In this document: piece after piece, positions 28,011 through 40,685 of the stretch
Layout of the letters: each line of letters starts with the position of its first letter
Position numbering within the stretch: position 1 is the first letter of the stretch
Source: the human T2T-CHM13v2.0 reference genome, Homo sapiens
Assembly (NCBI RefSeq): GCF_009914755.1
Contig: NC_060931.1
Strand: one strand, 5' to 3'
Length of the DNA: 64,000 nucleotides
Notes under the pieces: model-generated
Told to the model about the DNA's origin: nothing
Seen by the model: the letters and a program-made list of their open reading frames with translations, nothing else
Databases searched by the model: none
Program-made: the position numbers and the translations under genes

Positions 28011-29655
28011 TGTTACAAGCTGAATTGTGTGTCCCTAAATGCTATGTGGAAGTCCTCACCCCAGAACCTCAGGGCGTGGCCTTATTCAGAAGCAGCGTCC
28101 TTGCTGATGGAATGAGTTAGGCTGAGGTCAGGCTGGAGTGGGCAGGGGCTACTCCAACATGACTGTGTCTTTCTGTGTCCGAATTGGTGGGTTATTGGTC
28201 TCACTGACTTCAAGAATGAAGCCGCGGACCCTCGCGGTGAGTGTTACAGTTCTTAAAGGCGGCGTGTCCGGAGTTTGTTCCTTCTGGTGGGTTTGTGGTC
28301 TCGCTGGCTCAGGAGTGAAGCTGCAGACCTTCGCGTGAGTGTTACAGCTCTTAAGGCAGAGCGTCTGGAGTTGTTCGTTCCTCCCGGTGGGCTCGTGGTC
28401 TCGCTGGCTTCAGGAGTGAAGCTGCAGACCTTCGTGGTGAGTGTTACAGCTCATAAAGGCAGTGTGGACCCAAAGAGTGAGCAGCAGCAAGATTTATTGC
28501 AAAGAGAGAAAGAACAAAGTTTCCACAGCCTGGAAGGGGACTGGAGCGGGTGGCAACTGCTGGCTCGGGCAGCCTGCCTTTATTCTCTTATCTGGCCCCA
28601 CCCACATACTGCTGATTGGTAGAGCCGAGTGGTCTGTTTTGACAGGGCGCTGATTGGTGCGTTTACAATCCCTGAGATAGACACAAAGGTTCTCCAAGTT
28701 TCCACCAGACTCAGGAGCCCAGCTGGCTTCACCCAGTGGATCTCGCACTGGGGCTGCAGGTGGAGCTGCCTACCAGTCCCGCGCTGTGCGCCTGCACTCC
28801 TCAGCCCTTGGGTGGTCGATGGGACTGGGCGCCATGGAGCAGGGGGCAGTGTTCGTTGGGGAGGCTCGGGCTGCACAGGAGCCCACGGAGGCGGGGGGCG
28901 GGGGGCGGGGGGGGCGGGGAGGCAGGGGACGGGGGGTGCGGGGAGAGGTTCAGGCATGGCAGGCTGCAGGTCCCAAGCCCTGCCCTGCGGGAAGGCCGCT
29001 AAGGCTCGGCGAGAAATTGAGCACAGCAGCTGCTGGCCCAGGTGCTAAGCCCCTCACTGCCTGGGGCCGGTGGGGCTGGCCGGCCACTCCAAGTGCGGAG
29101 TCCGCCGAGCCCACGCCCACCCGGAAGTCACGCTGGCCCGCAAGCACCACGCGCAGCCCTGGTTCCCGCCCGCGCCTCTCCCTCCACACCTCCCGGCAAG
29201 CTGAGGGGGCCGGCTCCGGCCTTGGCCAGCCCAGGAAGGGGCTCCCACAGTGCAGCGGCGAGCTGAAGGGCTCCTCAAGTGCCGCCAAAGTGGGAGCCCA
29301 GGCAGAGGAGGCGCCGAGAGCGAGCGAGGGCTGTGAGGACTGCCAGCACTCTGTCACCTCTCACTTCTAAGACCAGAGGAGACACAGAGACACCTGGGGG
29401 AGACCAACTGGAGACGGAGGCGGAGACGGGAGCAATTTATCCATAAGCCACGTGACGCCAAGAGTTACCAGTGGCACCAGCAGCTAAGAGAGGGCCTGGG
29501 ACAGACCCTCCCTCGAAATCTCCAGAAGCAGCCAGGCCTGCTGACCCCTGGGTCTCTGCCGTCCAGCCTGCAGAGCTGTGGGAGGATACATTTCCACTGT
29601 TTTCAGCCCCCGGGTCTGTGGCACTTTGTGAAGGCTGCCCCCACAGAAGAAGACA
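28011..29655 (+). mobile_element. MLT1B/C-type MaLR LTR split by LTR12
   Basis: TG start 'tgttacaagctgaattgtgtgtccc'; resumes 'ctaagaccagaggagacacagag...' after the LTR12 and ends ...ACA; 5-bp TSD CCGAG/CTGAG. Confidence 0.8.
28174..29363 (-). mobile_element. Solo LTR12 (HERV9 LTR, LTR12C-like)
   Basis: The reverse complement begins TGAGAGGTGACAGAGTGCTGGCAGTCCTCACAGCC and ends ...ACCAATTCGGACACA; CCAAT boxes at ~28615 and ~28653; AATAAA-type TATA at 28579-28584; near-TSD TTTC/CTTC. Confidence 0.95.
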
Positions 29656-29814
29656 CTGAGTCTTCGAGAAGTTAGGAAGCCCTGAACCGTCCAAAGACAC
29701 CAGGAGGGAAAAGGGTGGGAGGCGAGGGGCCAGCCCTCCATGTTCACGTGGGAAGCCGGAGCCAGGCTGGAGCTGAGGCCTCCACTCACCACCCAGGGTG
29801 CGCTCCGCTCACTG

Positions 29815-29828
29815 CCGCCCCCTGCAGG
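29815..29828 (-). promoter_or_regulatory. CTCF core motif match
   Basis: CCTGCAGGGGGCGG on the - strand fits CCNSYAGRKGGCRS. Motif only. Confidence 0.45.
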
Positions 29829-30152
29829 CTACCCCTGCCACCGAATCCCCCCACGTCATGGACTGCAGCCTCGCCAGCTGCCAGCCACACCCTTGCCACG
29901 TTCCTCCTCCTGTTCTCCAGCCCTGCCTCTGCTCCTGCTTCCCCTGCTGCGTGGAGACCCAGCACATCTCTTGAGCTGTGTGGCTTCTCTAAGGTGGCAT
30001 CCGAGAGTTCCGCAGTTTTCCAAGAAGAGATAAACAGAACTTTTTCTCCATGACCAAGATGTCTTTCTCTCCACAACTCTGGTGTTCAATTCTTTTTATG
30101 CCAGGGAAACAGTCTCAATTTTACACTTCTACTTAACACCTGACAATTTTCC

Positions 30153-30206
30153 TGTAACTATTAGTGTTCAGTAGTTGTAACTATTAGGGTTCAGTAGTTG
30201 TAACTA
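30153..30206. repeat. 23-bp tandem repeat, ~2.3 copies
   Basis: TGTAACTATTAG(T/G)GTTCAGTAGT at 30153 and 30176, partial copy at 30199. Confidence 0.85.
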
Positions 30207-33156
30207 CTACTACGCAAGGAGGCGTTCTGGCGACCAGAAAAGGCTGAGGAAGGACAGGTGACAGGTTGGGCCACAAACCTCAAGGCAGGAGTGCGGGAGG
30301 AAGCACAGCACCTGGGACCACTGGCAGACCCGTCCCCTGCCTCGGAGATGCCTGTCCCTCCCGCTGAGATCACCGCCCGCCTGCCCTAGCACTGACGCAC
30401 TGACCACGTTGCTGTCCTCAGGGCAACCTGTCTCCCTTCCCCTCTGACTGGCATCCCCCTGCAGACCTGGCCTTTGTGTGCCTAGAGCCGCACACAGTGC
30501 CTGACTGTGATAGATGCCAGCCAGGCTTGATCACGGCCACAAGCTCACACTCCGGGGCAGTCAGCCTGGCTCCAGCCCCAGCTCTGGTGCTTCTAGATAG
30601 CTGGTGAACCTCTGTGCGCCTCCGTCTCCTCGCTTACAGAGGTAATAGTGCTTGCCTCATTTGGGTGTTATGAGGATGAGGGGAAAAGGACCAACCCTGT
30701 GCGATGCTGGGATGTGGCCAGCACCCTGGAGGCAGCCCTAGAAAACTCCCTCCCACCAGCAGCCTAGAGTCCACAGCATTCCCACGGTGCCCGGGGCCGG
30801 GCTCCCCCGTCCCATTGCCCTGCCATCCTGGGGCATCACCCTCACCTGGGTGACTGAGGGGCAACAGCCCCACATCCGTGCTGCAGGTGGAGGGAGTGGG
30901 AAATGAGAGCGGATGGCAAGCAGCCTCCTCCATGAGGACGAGTCAAGAGGAGAGGGCGTCTCTGCACACCCCCCTGCCACCCCAGCTGCAGCCCCGCTGA
31001 CACTCGTTGGCCAGGTTCCATTGCTGAAAGGAGTTAGGGGAGTCTGGACACCATGGGACAGTTGGCAGACTCAGCCCCAGGGTGTAAAACACAAAGCAGC
31101 TGTCATCTCGGGGCCAAGGTTTGCTTTGCGAAAGAAGCAGAGATGAAGGCCACGTGGAAGCCTCTGTTCGCTTCGTGCACACGATTCTGCACCCACAAAC
31201 AGCCACGGTGCTAGGGGTTTCCACATGGTGTCCCCTTGACGCTCACAGAACCCCGGGGAGGCTGTGAGGTCACCCCATTTTCTGGATGAACCTCACAGTG
31301 GGAGAGGGATTTGTCACGGTCACACAGTCCAAGCATGTAAGAGAAGAGGTGCCTTCAGGACTGGCACCCAGGCGTCACTCCTGTCCCCCACTCCCTCTGC
31401 AGAAGCCCCTCAAGCCCACCGTGTGCCTGTTGACTTTCGCCCTGTGCAGCCTGCTCCAGCTCCTGGTGCTGTGCTGCGTGTACCATGCGTGCCCCTGTGG
31501 CAACGAGTCACCGACTCATCTCGTTTCCTTCCCGTGCAGATGCTTCGGGTAGCAGCCCAGCGCTCTTCACTGGACTGAAGGCACCTCTTCTCTTTAGAGA
31601 GAGAACATTTTCAAAGGTTAAGCCTAAAAATCAGGACAGATTTTACTTTGTTATTGTTGTTTCTTGAGGCCTAATTTTTAAAAAGCCTGTGTGCTGGCTG
31701 CTGATGGCCTTGATGAGAAAGTGGCCGTCAATTAAACAGACAAGGGGGAACCGAGGAATCCAGGTCAGCACGATTTCCTGATCTGTGGCAGTGACTGTGA
31801 CCTGACTGGACTTGAGCTGGAACTTCAAATAACACCATTAGGTCCTAATCATATCAGAGGTGATCTAACATGACTTCCCACACCATCCCCTTTCAAAGAT
31901 GCAAGTCACATGGGCACGTCTGTAAAATGCTGAAGGCTGCACCATGTGAGCTGCACAAATTCAAAGTTTTCTGACTTTGCCAGCCCAGTAACACTGCCAG
32001 GTGCCAGCTTGTGGCATTTCTGTCAGAAACCCAGCTGGCATGAAAGTGGGTTTTTAATCCAGCCTGGAGTAGCCCCCTGCATTCAGAAATTCTTTGCCTG
32101 ACTACAGAAGTCTAAATCAGGACTCACTTTCCCTCGAGCTAGAGGAGGAGGAATGTGAAGCCTTGGAAAGAGTCGGCACCATTCTGGGAGTCAGATTAGT
32201 ACACCCCAAGAAAGGGAGAGTGGCTGGGCCAGCTGCGACACAGTCCCCAACCGCTACCCGTTCCTCCACCGCCCACCAAGCCCAGAGCAGCCTCCCTCAG
32301 CCAGAAGACAGCTCGGAGGATGGAAGACTGTTCAACTTGTGGCTTAAGCACATTATTAAAACCAAAGAGGAAAATTCTTTGAAGAGATGGGGTGGAGCTG
32401 AATTTAAGAGAAATAATAAAAACCATGACCAGGTTTTTCTGTGTCTGTTTTTCCTCCCTCATTTCTCCAGCAGCCTGGGGAGCACTGATAGAATAATTCC
32501 CTGGTGATTTCATCATGGAACTTCCCTTTCATCAACCTTCCACTGATCTACGTTGCCTGTGGAATAAAGTCCAAATGCCTTTGCTTGATTCTCCCTCTTC
32601 TTCCTCACCAAGCAAACGCCTTTTTAAACTAATAACGGTGGCCACCTGTGTAGAAAGCAGAAGGAATGAGGCAGGTGTGGGACAGGAAATGAGGTTGCTA
32701 AGGTATCAGTCAGCCACTGCTGTGACAAGGCTGCATAACAAATGGCCCCAACATGGAAATGGCTTCCTGCAGCAAACGTGTGTTTTTCTTGCTTTGGGGT
32801 CTCTGGGCAATGAGCAGCCCTGCGTCAGGCTGTTGGTCAAGTCTGTTCCACATGTTTCTGATTCTGGGATCAGTGGGGTCTGGGAACGCTCTCCTGAGTG
32901 GATGGCAGAGATGCCAGAGAGCAAACCAGGCCATGGATCACACTTAGCATCTCTGCTTATATGGGGTATTGTCACTTCTGTTCATGTTCCATTGGGCAGC
33001 AGTCACCTGGCCAAGGCCAAGTCCCAGGGCAGGAATGTGTACTCCGTCCACCACAGCGGGGACCCTGCAGAACCCCATGGCACAGGTCAGACAGGCACCA
33101 ATCTGTAACAGGCGGTGAAGAATTGAGAGCCATCTCTGGTTCACCACACATGCACT

Positions 33157-33535
33157 GTCTGAGTTTTTGGGGGCTGCCCTAGCAAATATTAATACCATGG
33201 GTGGCTTAAACAAGAGCTTTCCTTCCTCACAACTCTGGAGGCTGGAAGTCCAAGGCCAAGGTGTCAGCAGGGACTGGTTTCTCTCGACCTCCCCTCCCCC
33301 CGCCCCTGCCTTGGCTTGCAGTCAGCAGTCTCCTCACAGGGCATCCCTCTGTGTGTGTCTGTGTCCTAATCCCCCCTTCATATAAGCATACCAGCTATAT
33401 TACACTAGGGCCTCCCATGTGACCTCATTTAACCTTCATGACCTCTGTGAAGACCCCAGCTTCACATACAGTCACATTCTGAGGTCCCAGGGATCAGGAT
33501 CCAGCATATGAATTCAGGGGATTCAGCCCACAGCA
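33157..33535 (-). mobile_element. MLT1A/B-type MaLR LTR
   Basis: 'gggtggcttaaacaag...cacaactctggaggctggaagtccaag...cagtcacattctgaggtcccaggg...attcagcccacagca'. Confidence 0.8.
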
Positions 33536-36500
33536 CACACCTTCTTATGTGCTTCCCCTAACCTGTAACATGGCAGGTTATGTGCATAATAGAAGGAAGA
33601 GCGGGTCCAGGTGCACAGACTTTCTCTGTTGGGGGCTTGCAACCCATGATGCAATCATGTAGATGCCCAGAAGACCACTAGGACATCCCATTGATCTTCA
33701 TCATAAGAAATACAAGAGCAGTGCTGTCTCTGGTCGTGCCCACAGAGAAGGGAGTAAATAGTGAGGATTTTGTAGCCATGGGAACAAGAGGTCCTTTCAG
33801 AAGAAATGACCTCTTTGTTCTGGACCTCCAAGGGAGAGCAAGGGTGTTAGGAGCAGGGAGGGGAGGATACTTTGACTGAAAGTCTTTGCGGTGTTGGGGT
33901 GTCGTGCGCCTGGCATGGTGGGTGAGGAGGGAGCCGGGCAGAGGGCCTGGAGGGCAGAGAGCATCCCAGGAGGCCATGTTCTTTGGAGGGATTGGGGGCA
34001 CAGCAGAGAAATGCAAGATTTCGCTGGTCACCACGCTGCAACCAGGAGCAGATCTCGGAGAGAGAAAAGTAAGCCCAAATGGCCTCGCACAGGGTTAGAG
34101 ATCAGGACCAGTACAGGACCCTCCAGGACACTGACAGGACCTGGCATGCAGGCTGGGACCGCTGTCCAATGAAGCTGCCAGGGTTCAAGCCCAAAGCCTC
34201 TCCCAGAGACAGAAGTGACCCAGGAGCCAGGGCAGGAGTCCGCAGATGCTGTTGTGCGCCTGGCGGGAGCCGTGGGTGAGCCCAGCAGGGAGGGCTGGCA
34301 GCAGACTCTCACTGGCAGCCACTTGGGCCTCTGGCTCCAGGAAGAGATGGGTTTTTGAGTCTTCAGATTAAAGGGCTTTACTCCCAGGGGCTGCGGAGGC
34401 TGGACAGAGGGGCTAAGTGGTGGGGACCCAGTAGATCTGTGACAAAGTGTCAGCCTGTGCTGCTGGCATGGGAACAAGGATGAGACCCAGGATTCCTGGC
34501 CCCACTGCAGCCTCCCATACCTCTCACCTGGTTTCCCAGGCTCCCCTTGGCCCCAAACCCACCTCACCCACCTCACCCTCATCACACCTGTCAGCTCCAG
34601 CCCCTTTCCTGAGCTACCCCATGCCAGGAGCTGGGGCTGAGACTCCCACTGAACCTTAGCTATGGGACCAGGCCAGGTGGCCAGATTCACAGCCCCCCAG
34701 TTCTAACAGCCTCTGCGAGTCAGGTGGATTTGATGGGGGGTGGGGGTTGAGCCTGGGAGGAAGCTCAGTCCATGCAGGCAGCCCCCAGCCACTGCCCACC
34801 CACCCCTCAGTGGCCCCCTCTCTACTGCAGGGATCCCTGGGGGAGCCCCTTCCTAGGGGCAGGTGCCCTCCTGAGCCTCGGTCACCAGCACCTCCCAGAA
34901 GGAAACAAAGGGGTGGGGAGCAGCCTAGGGCTCTGGCCTCGCTGCTGGAGGTGGCTGGAGGGACAGCCACCTCCAGGCACCAGGCAGGGGTCTGGCAGCT
35001 AGGGAGTGACAGCGCAGACCTGCTTATTTGCATGCCATATACTGCAGGAGACCTGCCACCGCCAACCCAGGAACAGAGAGGGAGAGACCCGCTCTGGTTT
35101 GAAGATGTCAGCACACAGCGGATCAAAAGTTTAGCCTGGAGGCTGCTGTCAGCCACTCAGACGCATAACTTTATACGGTTCCAGAGACGTGTGGTGCAGG
35201 AACTATGATGGGGAGACGACAGCAGGAGGAGGGCCATGGGGTGGGGAAGTTGGAGGTGGGCAGCCCCTGCTGGGGCTGGGGATTGGGCTGGTGCAGCCCC
35301 AGGCTGGAGGTGGGTGACTCCACCCTTTTATTTTCTGGGGCCTGCAGGTTCGGGTCCCTCAGCCCGGGCAGCAGCATGGCCTCCACACCACGGGCCCCCC
35401 AGCGGGGCCCATCTTCCTGAGAGGTGGGGCGCCTGAGGGACTGCACCAGCATCCCCTTCAAAGCCTTCCCTGTCCCTTTTTTGCCCTCTCCCCAGAACAG
35501 CTCCCCCAGGGCGGCTGCTCTCTTCTCCACTGGGCAGGGGAGGAAGCAGGCCCAGCACTCGCCCAGGGAGGTGCCAGGACCAGAGCCCATCCCGGGAGGT
35601 GCTGCCACCTGGTCCCGTCCCCACTCACGCTGTGGAGAGGGCTCCTGTGGGTCAGAAGTCAGTTGGCACAGGCCCCCGCCTTCATCCCCAAGTGGTACCC
35701 ATCATCGTTACATGGCACCTGTGGCCCCACCACCGGGTCAAGGGCTGAGCTCAGGGCCAGCATTCCCGTCTCCCCGTCTGGTGCCTGCCCAGGCCTGCTT
35801 GTGGTCTTGTGAGGAGGTGGCTCTGCAGGCTGCGGCCCTGGAAGGGGGATTCAAGCCCACCCGACTTGCTGAGGCAGCATAGGTGAGCGTCCTGCGCCTG
35901 GGGTCACCTGCCCCGCTGCCCCGGCCCCAGCACCACCGCCCGGAGGAATTTGTGGGTGTCAGTTCCCTGCTTCTCTCCTATCAGGAAACAGCTGCTTGAA
36001 ATATTTTTTAAAGGAAAATATGAAGAATCAATTAGAAAGAGAATATCAAACAAGATTTTCTTGTTTAAAAAAATGACAAAATCCCTCCATATTTAAACTG
36101 AGTTCGAGAGAACCGTCCTGGTGTCTTTCTGCCTTTTCTGTGCTGCTGGCTTGGAAGCCTGACAGCAATTCTCCCAGTTTCTGAAATCTTTTTTTCACAG
36201 TCCACGGGGTGGTGTTTGCGAGACACACAGCAGAGGGCAGAGCTAGAAGGGGAGACGCAGCCGGTCCCTGGGAGAGCCACAGGCTGCCCCCGAACCCTCC
36301 ACCTGTGTGCTGAGGCACGGTCCCCTCGGCTCGCCCAGTACGACTCGACTGGTTACAGGACCCCAGACTCAGTCCTCGCCCCAGTCACCCCTGCTCAGAG
36401 GTGCCAGTGGCTCTGGGCCTCTGCCTTCCTCCAGAGCCCCTTGGCTCAAAAAACCCTCAGCATCTCCCGCCCACAGCCTGTGGGGGCCTGTGCTACCCGG

Positions 36501-37199
36501 GCAGGGTGGGAACTGCCAGCAGCTCCTGGCCTCCCAGCAGCTCCTTCCTCCTGACACATTCCCCGTCCGGTTGGACCGTCTCCAGGAGTCCACACTCCAG
36601 CTCAGCCGGGCCATGCGGATCCCCTCACCGGAGCGTTCTTTAAGGACCAGGGCTGCCGAGCAGGTGATGGGCAGAAGGCCCCACCTCCCCACTGTGAGCC
36701 GTGTGTCTTGTGTGACCTTTCTGAGCCTTCGTGTCCTCATCTAGGTGGTGGCATTCGTGAAGCCCACAGGACGCCCCAGCAGGAAGCGGCTGTGGTTCTT
36801 GTCACCCCCACCATGGCTGCTGCCTGGCCCCACTTCAACCATGCCCGCCCCTCCGCTCGGCTGCACACAGTTTTGCTCCTCATTACAGGCTTCTCCACAG
36901 GTTTTCCTCCTGAACCATGTGGATTCTTCTTGTCTTCCCAAATCCACCAACCTCTCTGAGGGCAGGGATCAGGCATTCTTCTCAGTGTTTACTTGTGAAA
37001 GCATCTAGCAGAACTGGGGGCCTACAGACCACCTCAGAAATGGTTTGAAAGCAGAAAGTGCTACCATATGCAGTTGAAATTCCCAGGCAATTATGCATGT
37101 AAAAATTCCTGGTTGTATACATGGAACATCAAAGATCAGAAGGAAAGAATCAAATGCCTGACTGTGCTATGATAGCGCCATTTCCTTTAACTCGTTTCA

Positions 37200-37420
37200 C
37201 AAACGCAGATAGAGCGCTTACCCCGAACCAGGCATGTTGCTGCGTGATTGATAAATATTAACTAAATTAATCTTTGAAACCACCCCATGAGGTGGGTATT
37301 ATTGTTGTCACCCTTTCAAAAATGTGGAAACCGGGGTGGGGAGATGTTAAGACGCTCAGTCAAGGTCACACAGCTCACCCGCGGTAGAGCTGGGGTTCAA
37401 ATGCAAGTGGTCTCGGTCCA
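37200..37420 (-). mobile_element. MIR SINE
   Basis: 'accccatgaggtgggtattattgttgtcaccc...ggaaaccgggg...caaggtcacacagc...gagctggggttcaaatgc' matches antisense MIR. Confidence 0.7.
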
Positions 37421-37551
37421 GTGTTTACGGCTTTAAGGTGTGTTGGCTCCAGGGATGAGTCTTCATTTCTTCTGGGGGCTGCGGTTATGAACAGACCGGC
37501 CCCAGACCCAGAGCCAATGCCGCCAGGCACTTTCTGAGAGGAGCAGCGGCG

Positions 37552-39426
37552 GTGTGGGAGTGTGGAGTGTGAGAGTGTGGGGTGTGAGAGTGTGGGGTGT
37601 CGGAGTGTGGGGTGTCGGAGTGTGGGGTGTGGGAGTGTGGAGTGTGAGAGTGTGGGGTGTGGGAGTGTGGAGTGTGGGAGTGTGGAGTGTGGGAGTGTGG
37701 AGTGTGGGGTGTGGGGTGTGGAGTGTGGGGTGTGGGAGTGTGGGGTGTGGGGTGTGAGAGTGTGGGGTGTGGGGTGTGGAGTGTGGGGTGTGGAGTGTGG
37801 GGTGTGGAGTGCGGGGTGTGGAGTGTGGGGTGTGGGAGTGTGGAGTGTGGGGTGTGAGAGTGTGGGGTGTGGAGTGTGGGGTGTGAGAGTGTGGGGTGTG
37901 GGAGTGTGGGGTGTGGGAGTGTGGAGTGTGAGAGTGTGGGGTGTGGGAGTGTGGGGTGTGAGAATGTGAGGTGTGGGAGTGTGGGGTGTGAGTGTGGGGT
38001 GTGAGTGTGGGGTGTGTGAATGTGGTGTGTGAGAGTGTGGGGTGTGTGAGTGTGGAGTGTGGGGTATGGGGTGTGGGAGTGTGGGGTGTGAGAGTGTGGG
38101 AGTGTGGGGTGTGGGGTGTGGTGTGTGGGAGTGTGGAGTGTGTGTGGAGTGTGGGGTACGGGGTGCGGGAGTGTGGGGTTTGGGAGTGCAGGATGTGGGG
38201 TGTGGGAGTGTGGGGTATGAGTGTGTGGGGTGTGGGAGTGTGGGGTGTGTGAATGTGGGGTGTGAGTGTTGTGTTTGTGGGGGGGTGTGGGAATGTGGGG
38301 TGTGGGAGTGTGGGGTGTGAGAGTGTCGGGTGTGGGAGTGTGAGAGTGTGGGAGTGTGGGGTGTGAGAGTGTGGGGTGAGTGTGGGGTGTGAGAATGTGG
38401 GGTGTCAGATTGGGTGTGGGAGTGTGGGGTGTGAGAGTGTGGGGTTTGAGAGTGTGGGATGTGAGAGTGTGGTGAGTGAGAATGTGGGGTGTGGGAGTGT
38501 GGAGTGTGTGAGTGTGGAGTGTGGAGTATGGGGTGTGGGAGTGTGGGGTGTTGGAGTGTGGGGTGTGAGAATGTGGGAGTGTGGGGTGTGGGAGTGTGAG
38601 AGTGTGAGTGTGGGTGTGGGAGTGTAGAATGTGGGGTGTGGGAGTGTGGGGTGTGGGAGTGTGGGGTGTGAGTGTGGGGTGTGGGAGTGTGGGGTGTGTG
38701 AATGTGGGATGTGAGAGTGTGGTGTGTGTGTGGGGTGTGGGAGCGTGGGGTGTGGGAATATGGGGTGTGGGAGCATGGGGTGTGGGAGTGTGTGGTGTGG
38801 GAGTGTGGGGTGTGAGTGTGTGGGTGTTGGAGTGTCGGGTGTGGGAGTGTAGTGTGTGGGAGTGTGGAGTGTGGGAGTGTGGGGTGTGAGAGTGTAGGGC
38901 GTAGGAGTGTGGGGTGTAGGAATGTGAGAGTGTGGGAGTGTGGGGTGTGGGAGTGTGGGGTGTGGAGTGTGGGGTGTGAGAGTGTTGGTTGTTGGAGTGT
39001 CCGGCGTGGGAGTGTGGGGTGTGGGAGTGTGGGGTGTGGGAGTGTGGGGTGTGGGAGTGTGGGGTGTGGGAGTGTGGGGTGTGGGAGTGTGGAGTGTAGG
39101 AGTGTGAGAGTGGGGCGTGGGAGTGTGGGGTGTGGGGTGTGGGAGTGTGTGGTTTGGTAGTGTGGGGTGTGGGAGTGTGGGGTGTGGGAGTTTGAGGTGT
39201 GGGAGTGTGGAGTGTGAGAGTGTGGGGTGTGGGTGTGTGTGGTGTGGGAGTGTTGGTTATGGGAGTGTGGGGTGGGGAGTGTGGGGTGTGGGGTGTGGGA
39301 GTGTGGGGTGTGGGAGTGTCCGGTGTGGGAGTTTGAGGTGTGGGTGTGTCGGGTGTGGGAGTGTCGGGTGTGGGTATGTGTGGTGTGGGAGTGTGGGTTA
39401 TGGGAGTGTGCGGTGTGGGAGTGTGG
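37552..39426. repeat. ~1.9-kb G/T-rich minisatellite / low-complexity satellite
   Basis: Interspersed 7-8 nt units GTGTGGG / GTGTGGGA / GTGTGAGA / GTGTGGA, often as the 15-mer GTGTGGGGTGTGGGA; almost no C on the + strand. Confidence 0.97.
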
Positions 39427-40430
39427 CAGGCCACCCTGAGCTGGAGAGAGCAGCGACGGCTCCACCTTCCCTCCAGGGCTCTCTGCTTCTTCCCGCCCCA
39501 GCCACCGTCTCCTTGCCTGGCCCGGCGCCCCTCGGGACCTGACAGTTGTCAACCCCTTAGTGTAGATGTTCTTGACCTGCTGTACCTCCTGGGAATAAAG
39601 GAGAAATCGCCTAAAGGAATGAGTGTGTAATAGTGAAGTTCCAGACACAGTGGCACCTACGGCGGGGAATTCCTTGGGGTGGGGCAGGAACCCCCTACTG
39701 CCTTCACGCTAACCCATAGTGCCGCTCACGGCTGTCAAAGCTTGTCTGTGGCGCAGCTGTGGAGTCCTGGCCGCAGTGGGGAAGGGAACTGACTGCCGAG
39801 GCCGGAGGGCAGCCGGCCTGCCGAGGGGAACAGCTGGATCTAGGTCCAGGTCATGGGTAGGTGGGCGCGCAGGCAGACTTTCGTGATGTTGTGCACTTGA
39901 CGTGTTGTGCTGGACTTCCACAGCAGACAGGAAGGGTGAACAGAGCAGCCCTTCAGAGAGAAGCACTGGGCAGTCACAGGGATTTGAGGGAGGGTGGAGG
40001 ACACCCTGCAAGCCCTGCGTGGCCACCAACAGGCAGCGCCCTGCAGCAAGGGGGCCACCGTGTCCCAGCCTCTGCCGCCGCTTCTGTGCCATGAGACACT
40101 GGTGGGGGCACGTCTCCTGGGGGATGCAGAGCGCAGCACGCGAGGCGGGCTGTGGGCTCACGGGGCTGCCCCCTCCTAGCCTGGCCCCCAGTATCCGCAG
40201 AGTCCCTCCTCCCGAGGCTGTGCTCACCTGGCTCTCACCTGGTTGGTGTTTGCTCAGCACCTCAGCCAGGGGCCAGGAGCCGCACAGACAATCAGACTCC
40301 CAGGGTGCAGGGGTTTCATTTGAAAAGATCAAGAACGAAACCCAAGCGGACTCGGTTGCTCAGAGCCATCAGGCCATAGCTTTGAGTGGCAGTCCGGGTG
40401 GTTCAGTGACTTTGAAATGGTTTCAGGATG

Positions 40431-40685
40431 GTGTGTGTGTGCTTGTGTGTCTGCACGTGTGTCTGAGTGTGCTTGCGTGTCTGTGCTTGTGAGTGTACTT
40501 GTGTGTGCTTGTGTGAGTGTATCTCTGTGTGTGAGTGTACCTGTGCTTGTGAGTGTGTCAGTGCTTGTGTGTGTGCTTGTGCGTGTCTGTGTGTGAATGT
40601 GTTTGTGAGGGTGTGTGCGCACGCATGTGAGAGCGCAGGTGTCTGTGTGTATAGAAGAGTGTGTTGTGTGAATGCATGCATGTGC
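40431..40685. repeat. Degenerate (TG)n repeat
   Basis: 'gtgtgtgtgtgcttgtgtgtctgcacgtgtgtctgagtgtgc...'. Confidence 0.9.

Noticed and set aside
37552-39426. Interstitial telomere
   Set aside because: No TTAGGG units; the resemblance to yeast TG1-3 repeats is only compositional.
37375-39648. 757-aa and 649-aa His/Thr/Pro-rich ORFs
   Set aside because: Both are translations of the C/A-rich strand of the satellite, which rarely forms stop codons. Several frames are open and there is no domain or gene structure.
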